A stretch of DNA of 64,000 nucleotides from Candidatus Hadarchaeales archaeon. GTDB lineage: Archaea > Hadarchaeota > Hadarchaeia > Hadarchaeales > Hadarchaeaceae. The stretch covers positions 1-64,000 of the forward strand of contig JAWCLG010000002.1 in the NCBI GenBank assembly GCA_038851075.1. Direction: 5' to 3'. Below the pieces are notes generated by a model, which searched no databases, had not been told where the DNA came from, and saw only the letters and a program-made list of their open reading frames with translations. The translations under genes were made by a program, and so were the position numbers. Position 1 is the stretch's first letter; each line of letters begins with the position of its first letter. Positions 18,506 to 28,813 of the stretch are shown in pieces.

Positions 18506-19894
18506 TTATGAACCGGGCCTCAACCTCCTCATTTTCTCCCTGCTCCTCTCCACATGCTCCCGCAGAGCTATGTCCTCCCTGTGCCTGAGAGGCCCATCGA
18601 TAGCCCTCACACCGCTCATCGCTATTTCTCTGGCTTCGTCAATCGTTTCCGATATTCCGAGCACACCAATTGCCCTTGACTTCATCGCCCTGAGCTCCCC
18701 TTCCACGAACTCAACTGCTCCTGGGTATACTCTCATTCTATCGCCATACTCCGCCTTTACAGACTCTAGCTGAGAAATGTCTATTCTTCTTGGTCCCGAA
18801 TACCTCGCATACCCTCCGTATTCTAGAGGTACTGCATAAACGAGGACCGACGCGAGTTCTTCAAAGTCCATCTTTCTGAGGCTGCCGTCAATAATATTGA
18901 AACACACCTCGACGAAGTCGTCCCTCAGGAGCGGCAGTACGTTCATGACCTCAGGATCGCCCCATCTGCTGTTTATCTCAAGTACCTTGACGCCGCTGTC
19001 AGTTATGATGTAGGCCATATACAGAACTCCTCTCACCTGCGGATTGCTCTCAGATCCCTTCATCTCTTGGTGCACCTTTTCGGCTATTGACACGGCCTCG
19101 TTCCAATCATTCTGAGTCATGAAGGGCAGGGTGTTGCCGGAGTCCTTGTAGGACCCCATTCCGCCGGTGTTCTGTCCGAGGTCCCAGTCAAAGGCCCTTT
19201 TATAGTCTCTGACTGCAGGTGTTGGAACCAGATGTTTTCCGTCCGAAACGCACTGAAGAGAGAACTCCTCACCCTCCACCTTCTCCTCCACTATCACCGG
19301 CCCGGCCTTGAAGTTCGGAAGGAAGTATTTCTCGAACATCTCTTCTCTGCTTGAGAAGTGATCTCCCCACACGCCCACTCCCTTTCCGGCAGCCGGAGCA
19401 TCAGGCTTGACCGCAACGGCATCACCGATCCTGTCCAGCCACCTCCAAAGCGCATCCTTGACTTCTCCCCCCTTGTACTCCTCCGGATAAAACACCTTGA
19501 ACTTCGGATTTGCACCGGGCGCTATTTTTTCAAGCAGCTCCCTCTGCTCCACCTTGCTCTTCTCTATAAAGAATCTCCTTGTGGGACATATCATCGGTAT
19601 CCCGGTCTCCCTCTCCACAGCATCCCTAACTCCATTTATGCCTGGGCCCTCTGGTCCGAGCAGACCAAAGTCTATCTCTTCCCTGTGCCTCTTCGCGAAA
19701 TCAACAATGCTCCTGACGCCGAGATCAGAGGCCACCACGTGTTCTCCACCGGTTTCCTCCGCCATTTTCAAATTGTATGGATTTTTCTGTTTGTCGACTA
19801 TGAAAAGCCTGACCTTCTGCGGGCTCCTGCACAGGGTCTCTGCCATGCAGACAAACCTGCTGCCGTAGCTTATGCCGAGCACACCGACCGTCAA
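18506..19894 (-). CDS. purD: Phosphoribosylamine-glycine ligase
   Basis: GPEGP, EKSK, AAGKGV, DYKRAFD.D.GQNTGGMGS, EINSRWGDPE; TTG start overlaps the purN stop. Confidence 0.93.
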   Translation of the reverse strand: MTVGVLGISYGSRFVCMAETLCRSPQKVRLFIVDKQKNPYNLKMAEETGGEHVVASDLGVRSIVDFAKRHREEIDFGLLGPEGPGINGVRDAVERETGIPMICPTRRFFIEKSKVEQRELLEKIAPGANPKFKVFYPEEYKGGEVKDALWRWLDRIGDAVAVKPDAPAAGKGVGVWGDHFSSREEMFEKYFLPNFKAGPVIVEEKVEGEEFSLQCVSDGKHLVPTPAVRDYKRAFDWDLGQNTGGMGSYKDSGNTLPFMTQNDWNEAVSIAEKVHQEMKGSESNPQVRGVLYMAYIITDSGVKVLEINSRWGDPEVMNVLPLLRDDFVEVCFNIIDGSLRKMDFEELASVLVYAVPLEYGGYARYSGPRRIDISQLESVKAEYGDRMRVYPGAVEFVEGELRAMKSRAIGVLGISETIDEAREIAMSGVRAIDGPLRHREDIALREHVERSREKMRRLRPGS

Positions 19895-20625
19895 CCAGCC
19901 CCCCTCCAGAATCCCATAACCCACCTGTCTCCACGCCTTATGTATACGTTGTTGTTATCATCAAAGCCAACCATGCCGGAGGAGATGAGTTCAAGTGCTT
20001 TTCTGTATGCTGGACCGTCACATTTTTCCTTCATCAGGGCCTGCTGCTCCTCAGGCCTTCTTCCCTCAACCGGAAGAGGATCCGAAACCACGATGATGGG
20101 TCCCTGATCCGGGCTTTCGTTCATTATATGAACGGTTGACCTTGTGAATCTCTCCCCGGCCTCAATCTGGTCCTTTACAACGTTCATCCCCGTGTAAACT
20201 CTCCTTCCATTCCTCGTTATCGATAGATCTGCGGGATGAACGTTCAAAACCCTGTTCGGAAATTCGCTGAGAAATCTTCTGGTGAGAACGTACATGTAAC
20301 CTGAACAGGCGATGATGTCCGGCTTCCATCCCATCTCCCTGATCATCGACACAAGTCTTCCATCATATTCCTCACGCACGAGCATGTCGCTAATCGGCCT
20401 GCTTCCGTAGAAATCTTTTATGTCCAGCACCTTCACGGGAATCCCCATCTCCTGAAGTTTCTTTATGCCGGAGGCGTTTTTGTTGCTGGATATCGCGCCG
20501 ACAACCTCATAGTTCTTTTCTCCAACCATGAACGGAACCGCGCTCGCACCTCCTGAGAACAGCACGACTATCCTCATTTTCTTTCCCTCGACCGGGATAT
20601 GTAGCGGAATAACCCTCTTAACCAT
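19891..20625 (-). CDS. purN: Phosphoribosylglycinamide formyltransferase (folate-dependent)
   Basis: VVLFSGGAS, SGYMYVL, LNVHPADL, TRSTVH..D.GPI; the track start at 20799 is over-extended. Confidence 0.88.
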   Translation of the reverse strand: MVKRVIPLHIPVEGKKMRIVVLFSGGASAVPFMVGEKNYEVVGAISSNKNASGIKKLQEMGIPVKVLDIKDFYGSRPISDMLVREEYDGRLVSMIREMGWKPDIIACSGYMYVLTRRFLSEFPNRVLNVHPADLSITRNGRRVYTGMNVVKDQIEAGERFTRSTVHIMNESPDQGPIIVVSDPLPVEGRRPEEQQALMKEKCDGPAYRKALELISSGMVGFDDNNNVYIRRGDRWVMGFWRGAG

Positions 20626-20682
20626 GGGCATCCCCTGAATACTTTTTGAGCACCGATAAATGTGTATTGATGGGGGTAAAGC

Positions 20683-21813
20683 ATGCCTGCAAACCTCCCG
20701 CCAGAGTACTTCAAGGCTGAAGAGAGGTATCAAAGAGCAAAAACTCTCGAGGAAAAAATAGCCGCAACTGAGGAGCTTATCAGGGTTGCCCCAAAGCACA
20801 AGGGAGCCGAAAAACTGCTGAAGACGCTCAAGAGAAGGCTTTCGAGGCTCAGGGCAGAACTGGAGGAGAAGAAAGCCAGGAAGTCCGCAGGGAGAGGTGG
20901 AAGGAGCTTCGCTGTAAAAAGGGAGGGCGCAGCCCAGGTCGCCCTAGTGGGATTCCCGAACTCTGGCAAATCCTGGGTCCTGAGAAAGCTGACCAACGCA
21001 CGTGTTGAGGTTGCGGACTATCCGTTCACAACAACCCGTCCTGTGCCCGGTATGATGGACTTTGAAGATATACAGGTACAGATAGTGGAGATCCCGGCAA
21101 TCGTGGAGGGCTCCAGCTTCGGGAGAGGTCTTGGCTCCGAACCGCTCAGCGCGGCCAGGAACTCGGACATTATAGCGATGGTTATCGACATGACGCATGA
21201 CCCGTTAAAACAGCTGAAAGTTCTCGTCGACGAGCTTGAAGGGTCCGGCATAAGGATAAACCGCAACCCACCCAAGATCACCATAAAAAAGACCTCAAGC
21301 GGCGGCATAGATATAAAAGGCGGGGAACTCGTGGAGGGCGGGGATGCTGAAGTAATAAGGATACTTCAAGAGCACCGGATACACAACATCTTCATCTCTA
21401 TAGAGGAGCCGGTCGGTTCTGAAGAAATTGAAGACGCCCTTGACACATCAACCGTGTACAGATCAGCTTTTGTCATCGCCACCAAGTCGAGGGATCCGGA
21501 TAGTCTCAGGGCCATTGAGGACAGCGGATTCAGCGTGATATCGGCCGATGAGGATGTGCATGTCCTGAAAAAATTCGTGTATGAAAAGCTGAATCTCATA
21601 AGGATCTATACAAAAAAACCTGATGAGGAGCCAGAAAAAATACCGATGGTTCTGCCGAATGGATCAACGGTCATTGAAGTTGCCAGAAAAATACACAGAG
21701 ACATTGAAAAGTCTTTTAATTTCGCTAGAGTATGGGGATCAACAAAGTTTCCCGGACAGAGGGTATCGCGCGATTATATCCTGCATGACAAAGACATCGT
21801 TGAACTTCACTGA
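20683..21813 (+). CDS. DRG/OBG-family GTPase with TGS domain
   Basis: MPANLPPEY N-terminus, GFPNSGKS, DYPFTT, ARVWGS..FPGQRV..D.DIVELH. Confidence 0.93.
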   Translation: MPANLPPEYFKAEERYQRAKTLEEKIAATEELIRVAPKHKGAEKLLKTLKRRLSRLRAELEEKKARKSAGRGGRSFAVKREGAAQVALVGFPNSGKSWVLRKLTNARVEVADYPFTTTRPVPGMMDFEDIQVQIVEIPAIVEGSSFGRGLGSEPLSAARNSDIIAMVIDMTHDPLKQLKVLVDELEGSGIRINRNPPKITIKKTSSGGIDIKGGELVEGGDAEVIRILQEHRIHNIFISIEEPVGSEEIEDALDTSTVYRSAFVIATKSRDPDSLRAIEDSGFSVISADEDVHVLKKFVYEKLNLIRIYTKKPDEEPEKIPMVLPNGSTVIEVARKIHRDIEKSFNFARVWGSTKFPGQRVSRDYILHDKDIVELH

Positions 21814-21824
21814 GGACAGATCAC

Positions 21825-22487
21825 TTATCCCCTCAGCAGCCTCGAAACTTTAAGGACATCCTTTGGTTTCCCGACGACCGTCACCAGGTCTCCAACCTGT
21901 ATCACAGTTTCTCCCTTGGGCGGGATCAGCTCGTCTCCCCTGGTTATCATGGCAAAAGTGCATCCCCTGACATTGATGTCCTTGAGCGCTTTGCCAACCG
22001 CCTTTGACTTCGGTCCGACTGTTACCTCAACGACCTCTCCCTTCCCACCGCCTATCCCCAGAAGACCGTAAACTCCGGTACCGGTGACCGCCTTTTCGAA
22101 AAGCATTACCGCGGAGGTAGCCAGATTTATTGCAATGTCGACACCCATCTCCTCAAACATCCGGACATGCTCCTCCTCATTGACCCTGGCGATCACCTTG
22201 TGAACTCCACGCTTCTTCGCAAGCTCGCATGCCATAAGATTCACCTCATCGGCGTCAGTGAGGGCAACAAGAATATCTGCCCTGTCGATACCCGCGTCCT
22301 TCAGCACATCCAGCTCCGCACCGCTGCCGTTTATTACGAGGATATCAAGATCAGCAGCCAGCTCGTGTGCCTTCTTCTCATCCTTCTCTATGAGAACCAC
22401 ATTGTGGCCTCTCTCGTTCAGGCGCTCCGCGAGCTTTGAGCCTATCCTGCCACCACCCACAATGACTATATACATCCTATAACCCAT
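21825..22487 (-). CDS. trkA: TrkA-family RCK (NAD-binding) K+ transport regulator
   Basis: IVGGGRIG, AGIDRADILVALT..DEVN, C-terminal RCK_C domain. Confidence 0.92.
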   Translation of the reverse strand: MGYRMYIVIVGGGRIGSKLAERLNERGHNVVLIEKDEKKAHELAADLDILVINGSGAELDVLKDAGIDRADILVALTDADEVNLMACELAKKRGVHKVIARVNEEEHVRMFEEMGVDIAINLATSAVMLFEKAVTGTGVYGLLGIGGGKGEVVEVTVGPKSKAVGKALKDINVRGCTFAMITRGDELIPPKGETVIQVGDLVTVVGKPKDVLKVSRLLRG

Positions 22488-22544
22488 CTTTTCTGACTAC
22501 AGCAATAATAAATAAGGTTGACGTGAGCTTATAAGGGGATAAAA

Positions 22545-23087
22545 ATGCCGTTGAGACCGGGAAAGACCTACAGGCACTTCAGCGGGCCCGCCTACACCAG
22601 AAGGGAGTTCGTGAAGGGAGTACCGGGTATACGGGTCACCTTCTTCGACATGGGCAACCCAAATGGAGATTTTCCCGTTGTGATGTCACTTGTCTCACTC
22701 GAGACTGGGCAGATAAGGCACAACGCCATAGAAGCGGCAAGGGTTGCGGCAAACAGGCTGTTAGAAGTAAGCGCGGGGAAGGATAACTACCATCTGAAGA
22801 TCAATGTATATCCGCACCATGTTCTGAGGGAAAATCCGATGGCCATGGGAGCCGGGGCTGACCGGATATCGGATGGTATGAGACTCTCGTTCGGGAGACC
22901 TATAGGAACCGCGGCAAGGGTCAGGACCGGGCAGATCATTATGACTGTAAGGACCAAGAAGGAATTTGAGCAGCTTGCGAAGGAGTCGCTCAGGAGGGCC
23001 AGCCTGAAGCTGCCTCTTACCTCAAGGATAAATTTCAAAACTCAGCCGGTCGAAAAACGGGAGGCGAGCGCGCCCAGCACCTCATAG
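22545..23087 (+). CDS. rpl10e: 50S ribosomal protein uL16 (L10e)
   Basis: [36 protein letters not shown]. Confidence 0.96.
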   Translation: MPLRPGKTYRHFSGPAYTRREFVKGVPGIRVTFFDMGNPNGDFPVVMSLVSLETGQIRHNAIEAARVAANRLLEVSAGKDNYHLKINVYPHHVLRENPMAMGAGADRISDGMRLSFGRPIGTAARVRTGQIIMTVRTKKEFEQLAKESLRRASLKLPLTSRINFKTQPVEKREASAPSTS

Positions 23088-23917
23088 GCAGCCTTTGCCG
23101 CCGCAAAAGCCGTTATTCCGTTATCGTGAGGAGGTGTGAGTTCAACCACGTCGAAACCCTTCAGGTTCATTCTGCCGAACCTTCTGAGGAGCCTGAAGAG
23201 GTCTGTGGAGGAGATCCCGCCAGGTTCTGGCGTGGCCACTCCAGGAGCAAATGCGGGATCTAGCACGTCGATGTCTATGCTCAGATAGACCGGAGCTTTA
23301 CCCACCTTCTTCTCGACCAGTGCAGCCACACGGTCCGGATCTTCTGAAACTTCCTCTGACGAATAGACCTCCAGCTTTATCTCATCCTCCTCCTTTGAGC
23401 AAGACCTGATCCCGATCTGGATAAGCTTCCCGGGGCTCAGGGTGTCTAGGACCCTTCTCATTACCGTGGCGTGGCAGAGCCTGTCCCCCATGTACTCATC
23501 GCGGAGATCCCTGTGGGCGTCAAGGTGTATCAGAAATACATCCCCCACGGCCTTCATAGAGAAGTAAGTCAGAGTATGCTCTCCGCCAAGTATGGCCGGA
23601 ATCTTGCCTGAATACAGGATCTCCTTAAGAATCGCAACCATCCTCTCACCCGTGGCATTGAGGTCTGTCGGAGTCACCACAAGATCTCCGAGGTCGGATA
23701 TGTTGAGCTTTTCGAACACGTCCAGCTTTGCAGATGTCAGATATGTCTCAATATTGGCGGATGCGGCCCTTATGCTGGCCGGCGCAAACCTGTAACCTGA
23801 ACGATAGCTTGAGGTAACATCAAGCGGAACTCCCAGAAAAACAACATTCGCCCGGTCGTATGGCTCATCAAAACCTCCGAAGCCAGGACGTACCGGTATC
23901 AGATGGCTGCTGTCCAC
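23042..23917 (-). CDS. speB: Agmatinase
   Basis: [37 protein letters not shown]. Confidence 0.92.
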   Translation of the reverse strand: MDSSHLIPVRPGFGGFDEPYDRANVVFLGVPLDVTSSYRSGYRFAPASIRAASANIETYLTSAKLDVFEKLNISDLGDLVVTPTDLNATGERMVAILKEILYSGKIPAILGGEHTLTYFSMKAVGDVFLIHLDAHRDLRDEYMGDRLCHATVMRRVLDTLSPGKLIQIGIRSCSKEEDEIKLEVYSSEEVSEDPDRVAALVEKKVGKAPVYLSIDIDVLDPAFAPGVATPEPGGISSTDLFRLLRRFGRMNLKGFDVVELTPPHDNGITAFAAAKAAYEVLGALASRFSTG

Positions 23918-24026
23918 GCCACCACCTCAATGAAATATGCGGCGACGGGCTTAAGCGTATTTTCTCGCGCATAAAAACATTTAAAAAAGGATAATGAGAA
24001 AGTCCTAAAGTCATGCAGGTGGGATA

Positions 24027-26690
24027 ATGAGCAGAAGCCTTTATTTCTTCGATGAGGGAGACGGGAGCAACAAAAAGCTCCTTGGAGGGAAAGGGGCCGG
24101 TCTGTGCACGATGACCAAACTGGGACTTCCTGTCCCGCCCGGATTTGTGATCACAACAGAGGTTTGCAAAAAGTACTACGAGGGTGGGATGAAGCTCCCG
24201 GACGGCCTGTTAGATGAGGTCAGGGCCGCAATGAAAAAGCTGGAGGTGATTACTGGAAAGAAATTCGGAGACCCCAAAAACCCGCTTCTTGTTTCTATCC
24301 GCTCAGGCTCAATGCTTTCAATGCCCGGCATGATGGACACCATCCTGAACCTTGGGCTAAACGATGAAACAGTCAGGGGGCTGGCCGAACTCACCAAAAA
24401 CGAACGCTTCGCATATGACGCGTACAGAAGGTTCATCCAGATGTTCGGAAAGATAGTCCTCGGAGTTGACGGCAAAAAGTTCGATGATATATTTGAAAAA
24501 CACAAGGAAGAGGTCGGCGCAAAGGTTGATACTGACCTGACCGCCGAAGACCTGAAAAAGATAGTTGAAAAGTTCAAGGCGCTGGTTGAGAAGGAAACCG
24601 GCTCCGGCTTTCCATCAGATCCCCACAAACAGCTCGAGAATGCCATTCAGGCGGTTTTCAGGTCATGGAATAATAAGAGAGCGATAGAGTACAGAAACTA
24701 TTACAAGATACCGCACGACCTCGGAACGGCCGTGAATGTTGTGACAATGGTGTTTGGAAATATGGGGGAGGACTGCGGAACAGGTGTTGCTTTTACGAGG
24801 GACCCCGCGACCGGAGAAAAGCACCTTTATGGAGAGTTTCTCTTCAACGCTCAGGGGGAAGACGTTGTTGCAGGGATAAGAACTCCGCTCAAGATAGAAG
24901 AACTCAAGCAAAAGTTTCCGGCTCTGTATTCACAGCTGCTCGACATTGCGGATAAACTGGAAAAATACTACAAGGACATGCAGGACACTGAGTTTACAGT
25001 CGAGCATGGGAAACTCTACATGCTTCAAACAAGGGCCGGAAAGCGCACTGCTCCAGCGGCGGTCAAGATAGCGGTCGACATGGCTGAGGAAGGATTGATA
25101 TCAAGAGAGGAGGCGATCTTGAGGGTTGAGCCGGCTCAGGTGGAGCAGCTGCTTCACAAACAGGTCGATCCACGGGCAAAGGTTAGAGTGATCGCAAAAG
25201 GTCTGAACGCCAGCCCGGGCGCCGCCATAGGAAAGGCGATATTTGACGCTGAGAGGGCCAAGGAGATGAAAGAGAAGGGAGAGAGAGTGATACTGGTCCG
25301 TCCTGAAACGAATCCTGACGATGTGGGCGGGATAATAGCCTCACAGGGCGTGCTAACATCAAGGGGCGGCGCGACGTCTCACGCAAGCGTGGTGGCAAGA
25401 GGTCTGGGAAAACCTGCCGTGGTCGGCTGCGAGACCATCAAGATAGACCTAGATCAGAAGATGTTCAGGGTTGGAGACATTACGGTGAAAGAGGGAGATG
25501 TGATCACGATAAACGGCACTACAGGAGACGTGATACTCGGAGAAGCCCCTCTAATAGAGCCAAAAATGTCTGTGGAGCTTCGAAAGCTGCTTGACTGGGC
25601 GGATAGCATCAAAAAGCTTCAGAACTGGGCTAACGCTGATTATCCGCGCGACGCTGAAATAGCGAGGGAACTTGGAGCACAGGGGATCGGACTGTGCAGG
25701 ACTGAACACATGTTCTTTGAAAAGGAGAGGCTCCCGCTCGTCAGGGAGATGATCCTCGCGGAGACAAAGGAGGAGCGGGCCGGGCCGCTTGAAAAGCTGC
25801 AAAAAATACAGAAGGAAGACTTTAAGGGGATACTCAGGGTAATGGATGGTCTCCCGGTGGTAATACGCCTGCTCGATCCGCCTCTTCACGAATTCCTGCC
25901 GCGATATGAGGAACTTTTGCAGGAGACAATCATGCGCAGGATGAGCGGCGAAAAACCTGAGAAGCTGGCCGCCGCCGAAAAGCTTCTCAAACGCGTTGAG
26001 GAGATGAGGGAAGCGAATCCGATGCTCGGTCTGCGCGGCTGCAGGCTCGGCATAACCCACCCTGAGATAAATGAGATGCAGGTCAGGGCGATATTCGAGG
26101 CCGCCTGCGAGCTGAAAAAGGAGGGGATGAACCCACGTCCCGAGATAATGATCCCGCTGGTCGGACACGTAAATGAGTTAAAGATAGTCAGGTCACAGCT
26201 GGAAAAGGTCGCACGTGAAGTTATGGAAAGATACGAAACTGAAATCCCGTACAAGTTCGGAACGATGATAGAGGTCCCGAGGGCCGCGCTGACCGCTGAC
26301 GAGATCGCTGAATACGCGGAGTTCTTCTCGTTCGGCACAAACGACCTCACGCAGATGACCTTCGCCTATTCGAGGGACGACGCGGAGGGAAAATTCCTGT
26401 TCAAGTACATTGATGAAAAAATACTTGAAGCGGACCCCTTCCAGACACTCGACCAGAGAGGGGTTGGAAGGCTGATGAAGATAGCGGTGGATCTGGGGAG
26501 AGGAAAAAGGCACGACTTGAAGGTGGGCATATGCGGAGAACACGGCGGTGACCCCGCGTCAATAGAGTTCTGCCACCAAATAGGTCTAAACTACGTCTCG
26601 TGCTCGCCTTTCAGAATACCTGTGGCCAGAATTGCTGCTGCCAGAAGCGCACTGAAGACTCCTGAAACCGAAAAAATGAAATACCTGTAG
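24027..26690 (+). CDS. ppdK: Pyruvate, phosphate dikinase
   Basis: LGGKGAGL, SMPGMMDT, GEDVVAG, TSHA phospho-His, GLCRTEHMF, GTNDLTQ, CGEHGG. Confidence 0.97.
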   Translation: MSRSLYFFDEGDGSNKKLLGGKGAGLCTMTKLGLPVPPGFVITTEVCKKYYEGGMKLPDGLLDEVRAAMKKLEVITGKKFGDPKNPLLVSIRSGSMLSMPGMMDTILNLGLNDETVRGLAELTKNERFAYDAYRRFIQMFGKIVLGVDGKKFDDIFEKHKEEVGAKVDTDLTAEDLKKIVEKFKALVEKETGSGFPSDPHKQLENAIQAVFRSWNNKRAIEYRNYYKIPHDLGTAVNVVTMVFGNMGEDCGTGVAFTRDPATGEKHLYGEFLFNAQGEDVVAGIRTPLKIEELKQKFPALYSQLLDIADKLEKYYKDMQDTEFTVEHGKLYMLQTRAGKRTAPAAVKIAVDMAEEGLISREEAILRVEPAQVEQLLHKQVDPRAKVRVIAKGLNASPGAAIGKAIFDAERAKEMKEKGERVILVRPETNPDDVGGIIASQGVLTSRGGATSHASVVARGLGKPAVVGCETIKIDLDQKMFRVGDITVKEGDVITINGTTGDVILGEAPLIEPKMSVELRKLLDWADSIKKLQNWANADYPRDAEIARELGAQGIGLCRTEHMFFEKERLPLVREMILAETKEERAGPLEKLQKIQKEDFKGILRVMDGLPVVIRLLDPPLHEFLPRYEELLQETIMRRMSGEKPEKLAAAEKLLKRVEEMREANPMLGLRGCRLGITHPEINEMQVRAIFEAACELKKEGMNPRPEIMIPLVGHVNELKIVRSQLEKVAREVMERYETEIPYKFGTMIEVPRAALTADEIAEYAEFFSFGTNDLTQMTFAYSRDDAEGKFLFKYIDEKILEADPFQTLDQRGVGRLMKIAVDLGRGKRHDLKVGICGEHGGDPASIEFCHQIGLNYVSCSPFRIPVARIAAARSALKTPETEKMKYL

Positions 26691-26710
26691 GCTAAAGCCA
26701 ACTGGGTATA

Positions 26711-27835
26711 ATGGCCAGAAAAACCACGGTTTCTGTAATAAAGTGTGATGTCGGATCACTGGCCGGACACTCTACCGTACCGGAACCGCTCAAGGCTGTG
26801 GCTGAGAAAAAGATGCGGGAGGCTGAGGAATCCGGACTCATAAACAGCCACTACGTCTTCAACGCGGGGGATGACCTCGAGCTGCTCATGACGCACCACA
26901 GGGGGGAGAATGACAAGGAAATTCACTCTCTCGCCTGGGATACTTTCAGCGAGGCCGCGGAGAGGGCGAAAAAGCTGAAGCTGTATGGAGCCGGGCAGGA
27001 CCTTCTTAAGACTGCGTTCAGCGGGAACGTCAAGGGGCTCGGTCCAGGAGTTGCGGAGATGGAAATCGAGGAGAGAAAGTCGGAGCCGATTATGGTTCTC
27101 GCCGCTGACAAAACTGAACCCGGGGCATTCAACTTCCCGCTCTTCAAGACATTTGCAGATCCGTTCAACACCGCTGGTCTCGTTATAGATCCACAGATGT
27201 CCGGAGGATTCAAGTTCGAGGTCTTTGACGTCATTGAGAGCATGAAGGTCGTCCTGAAGGCCCCTGAAGAGATGTACGAACTCATCGCCCTGATCGGTAC
27301 CCCCGGAAGATACATAGCCTCACATGTATGGAGGGCTAAGGACGATCTCGTGTGCGCGGCAACCAGCACAACTAGGCTTTCGCTGATCGCGGGAAAATAT
27401 GTTGGAAAAGATGACCCAGTGTGCATATTGAGACTGCAGCACGGGTTACCGGCCCTCGGCGAGGCTCTGGCGCCTTTCATGCATTCGTACCTCGTGGAGG
27501 GCTGGATGCGGGGAAGCCACTGGGGGCCTCTAATGCCTGTTGGTCTTAAGGACTCCAAGTGCACGGCATTTGACGGTCCGCCGAGGATTGTCGCTCTAGG
27601 ATTTCAGCTGTGTGATGGAAAAATAGCCACAGATGATTACGGTAAACCCATGATCGCCGACCTTTTCGAGGATCCGGCATTTGATCTCGCCAGAAGGGAA
27701 GCCGCAGAGCATGCTGTAATGCTCAGGCGTATGGGAGAGTTTGAGCCGGCCCGCCTTGGCATGGAGGCAATGGAGTACACGACTCTGCCAGAGGTTCTCG
27801 AGAAGCTGAAAAACAGGATGAAGAAGTTCGAGTAA
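26711..27835 (+). CDS. fbp: Fructose-1,6-bisphosphate aldolase/phosphatase
   Basis: IKCDVGS..GH, YGAGQDLL, DKTEPGAFN, YVGKDDP, GWMRGSH, EYTTLP. Confidence 0.96.
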   Translation: MARKTTVSVIKCDVGSLAGHSTVPEPLKAVAEKKMREAEESGLINSHYVFNAGDDLELLMTHHRGENDKEIHSLAWDTFSEAAERAKKLKLYGAGQDLLKTAFSGNVKGLGPGVAEMEIEERKSEPIMVLAADKTEPGAFNFPLFKTFADPFNTAGLVIDPQMSGGFKFEVFDVIESMKVVLKAPEEMYELIALIGTPGRYIASHVWRAKDDLVCAATSTTRLSLIAGKYVGKDDPVCILRLQHGLPALGEALAPFMHSYLVEGWMRGSHWGPLMPVGLKDSKCTAFDGPPRIVALGFQLCDGKIATDDYGKPMIADLFEDPAFDLARREAAEHAVMLRRMGEFEPARLGMEAMEYTTLPEVLEKLKNRMKKFE

Positions 27836-27850
27836 ATCAAAGTATGCGGA

Positions 27851-28768
27851 TCAGCGATACTCCACCAGAAGCCTTTCTATTCCTTCTCTCAGACCAACCT
27901 GCGGAACGTAGCCAAGCAGCCTTTTTGCCTTAGTCAGGTCGGCTTTTGTGTGAAAAACGTAATTTTTTATTGGATTATCAAGGTATGTCGGTTTTATGGA
28001 TTTTCCGAGAAGCTCGTTTATAATATCGATAACCTGGTTGAAGCTCGTACTCTTCCCAGTTCCAACGTTTACTATCTCGCAGTCAACGTCAGCCTCTGAG
28101 GCCAGCATGCACGCTCTGACCACGTCAGAAACATGTACGAAGTCCCGCGTCTGATTTCCGTCTCCGTAGATCACAGGCGCCCTGTCCTCGACCATCGCCC
28201 ATATGAACTGGGACACTATGTTCGCATAGATTCCCTTTGCTCTCTCCCTGGGTCCGTAAACCGAGAAAAACCTCATGCCGACGGATCTCACCCCGTGTAG
28301 CTCATGATACATCGCGGCCAGACGCTCCATAGCTACACGGGCCTCTGTATAAAAATCAAAAGGCCTGGAGCACATATCCTCCCGGTGCGGCATCTTACAT
28401 CCAGAATAGAGGCTTGAGGTGGATGCATAGACCACGGGACATGACTCTCTTCTCGCAAGCTCCATCACATTTATGAAATCGTTTATCGCCTCACCTACAA
28501 GGTGGGGGTTCTCCCTGTACATCGGGGAACTCGACGGAATCCCAATGTGAAATATCCTCTTCAAACCCGATATCCTGATCTTTGGTATAGACGCACAGGG
28601 GGCTCTGATTACCTTAACCTTTTTTCTTACATCTTTCAGATTATCTGGAGAACCGGTGGAAAAATTGTCGATAACCGTTACTCCCTCCCCTCTCCTAACA
28701 AGCTCCTCAACTATATTCGAGCCTATGAACCCAGCTCCGCCTGTGACGAGAATCACTTTTTCCCCCAA
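27851..28768 (-). CDS. NAD-dependent nucleotide-sugar epimerase/dehydratase
   Basis: TGGAGFIGS, YASTSSLY, RFFSVYGP, GDGNQTRDF. Confidence 0.92.
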   Translation of the reverse strand: MGEKVILVTGGAGFIGSNIVEELVRRGEGVTVIDNFSTGSPDNLKDVRKKVKVIRAPCASIPKIRISGLKRIFHIGIPSSSPMYRENPHLVGEAINDFINVMELARRESCPVVYASTSSLYSGCKMPHREDMCSRPFDFYTEARVAMERLAAMYHELHGVRSVGMRFFSVYGPRERAKGIYANIVSQFIWAMVEDRAPVIYGDGNQTRDFVHVSDVVRACMLASEADVDCEIVNVGTGKSTSFNQVIDIINELLGKSIKPTYLDNPIKNYVFHTKADLTKAKRLLGYVPQVGLREGIERLLVEYR

Positions 28769-28813
28769 ATCCCTTTTATTGCGGGTATTTTACCTTATCT
28801 CTGGAGGATATAT

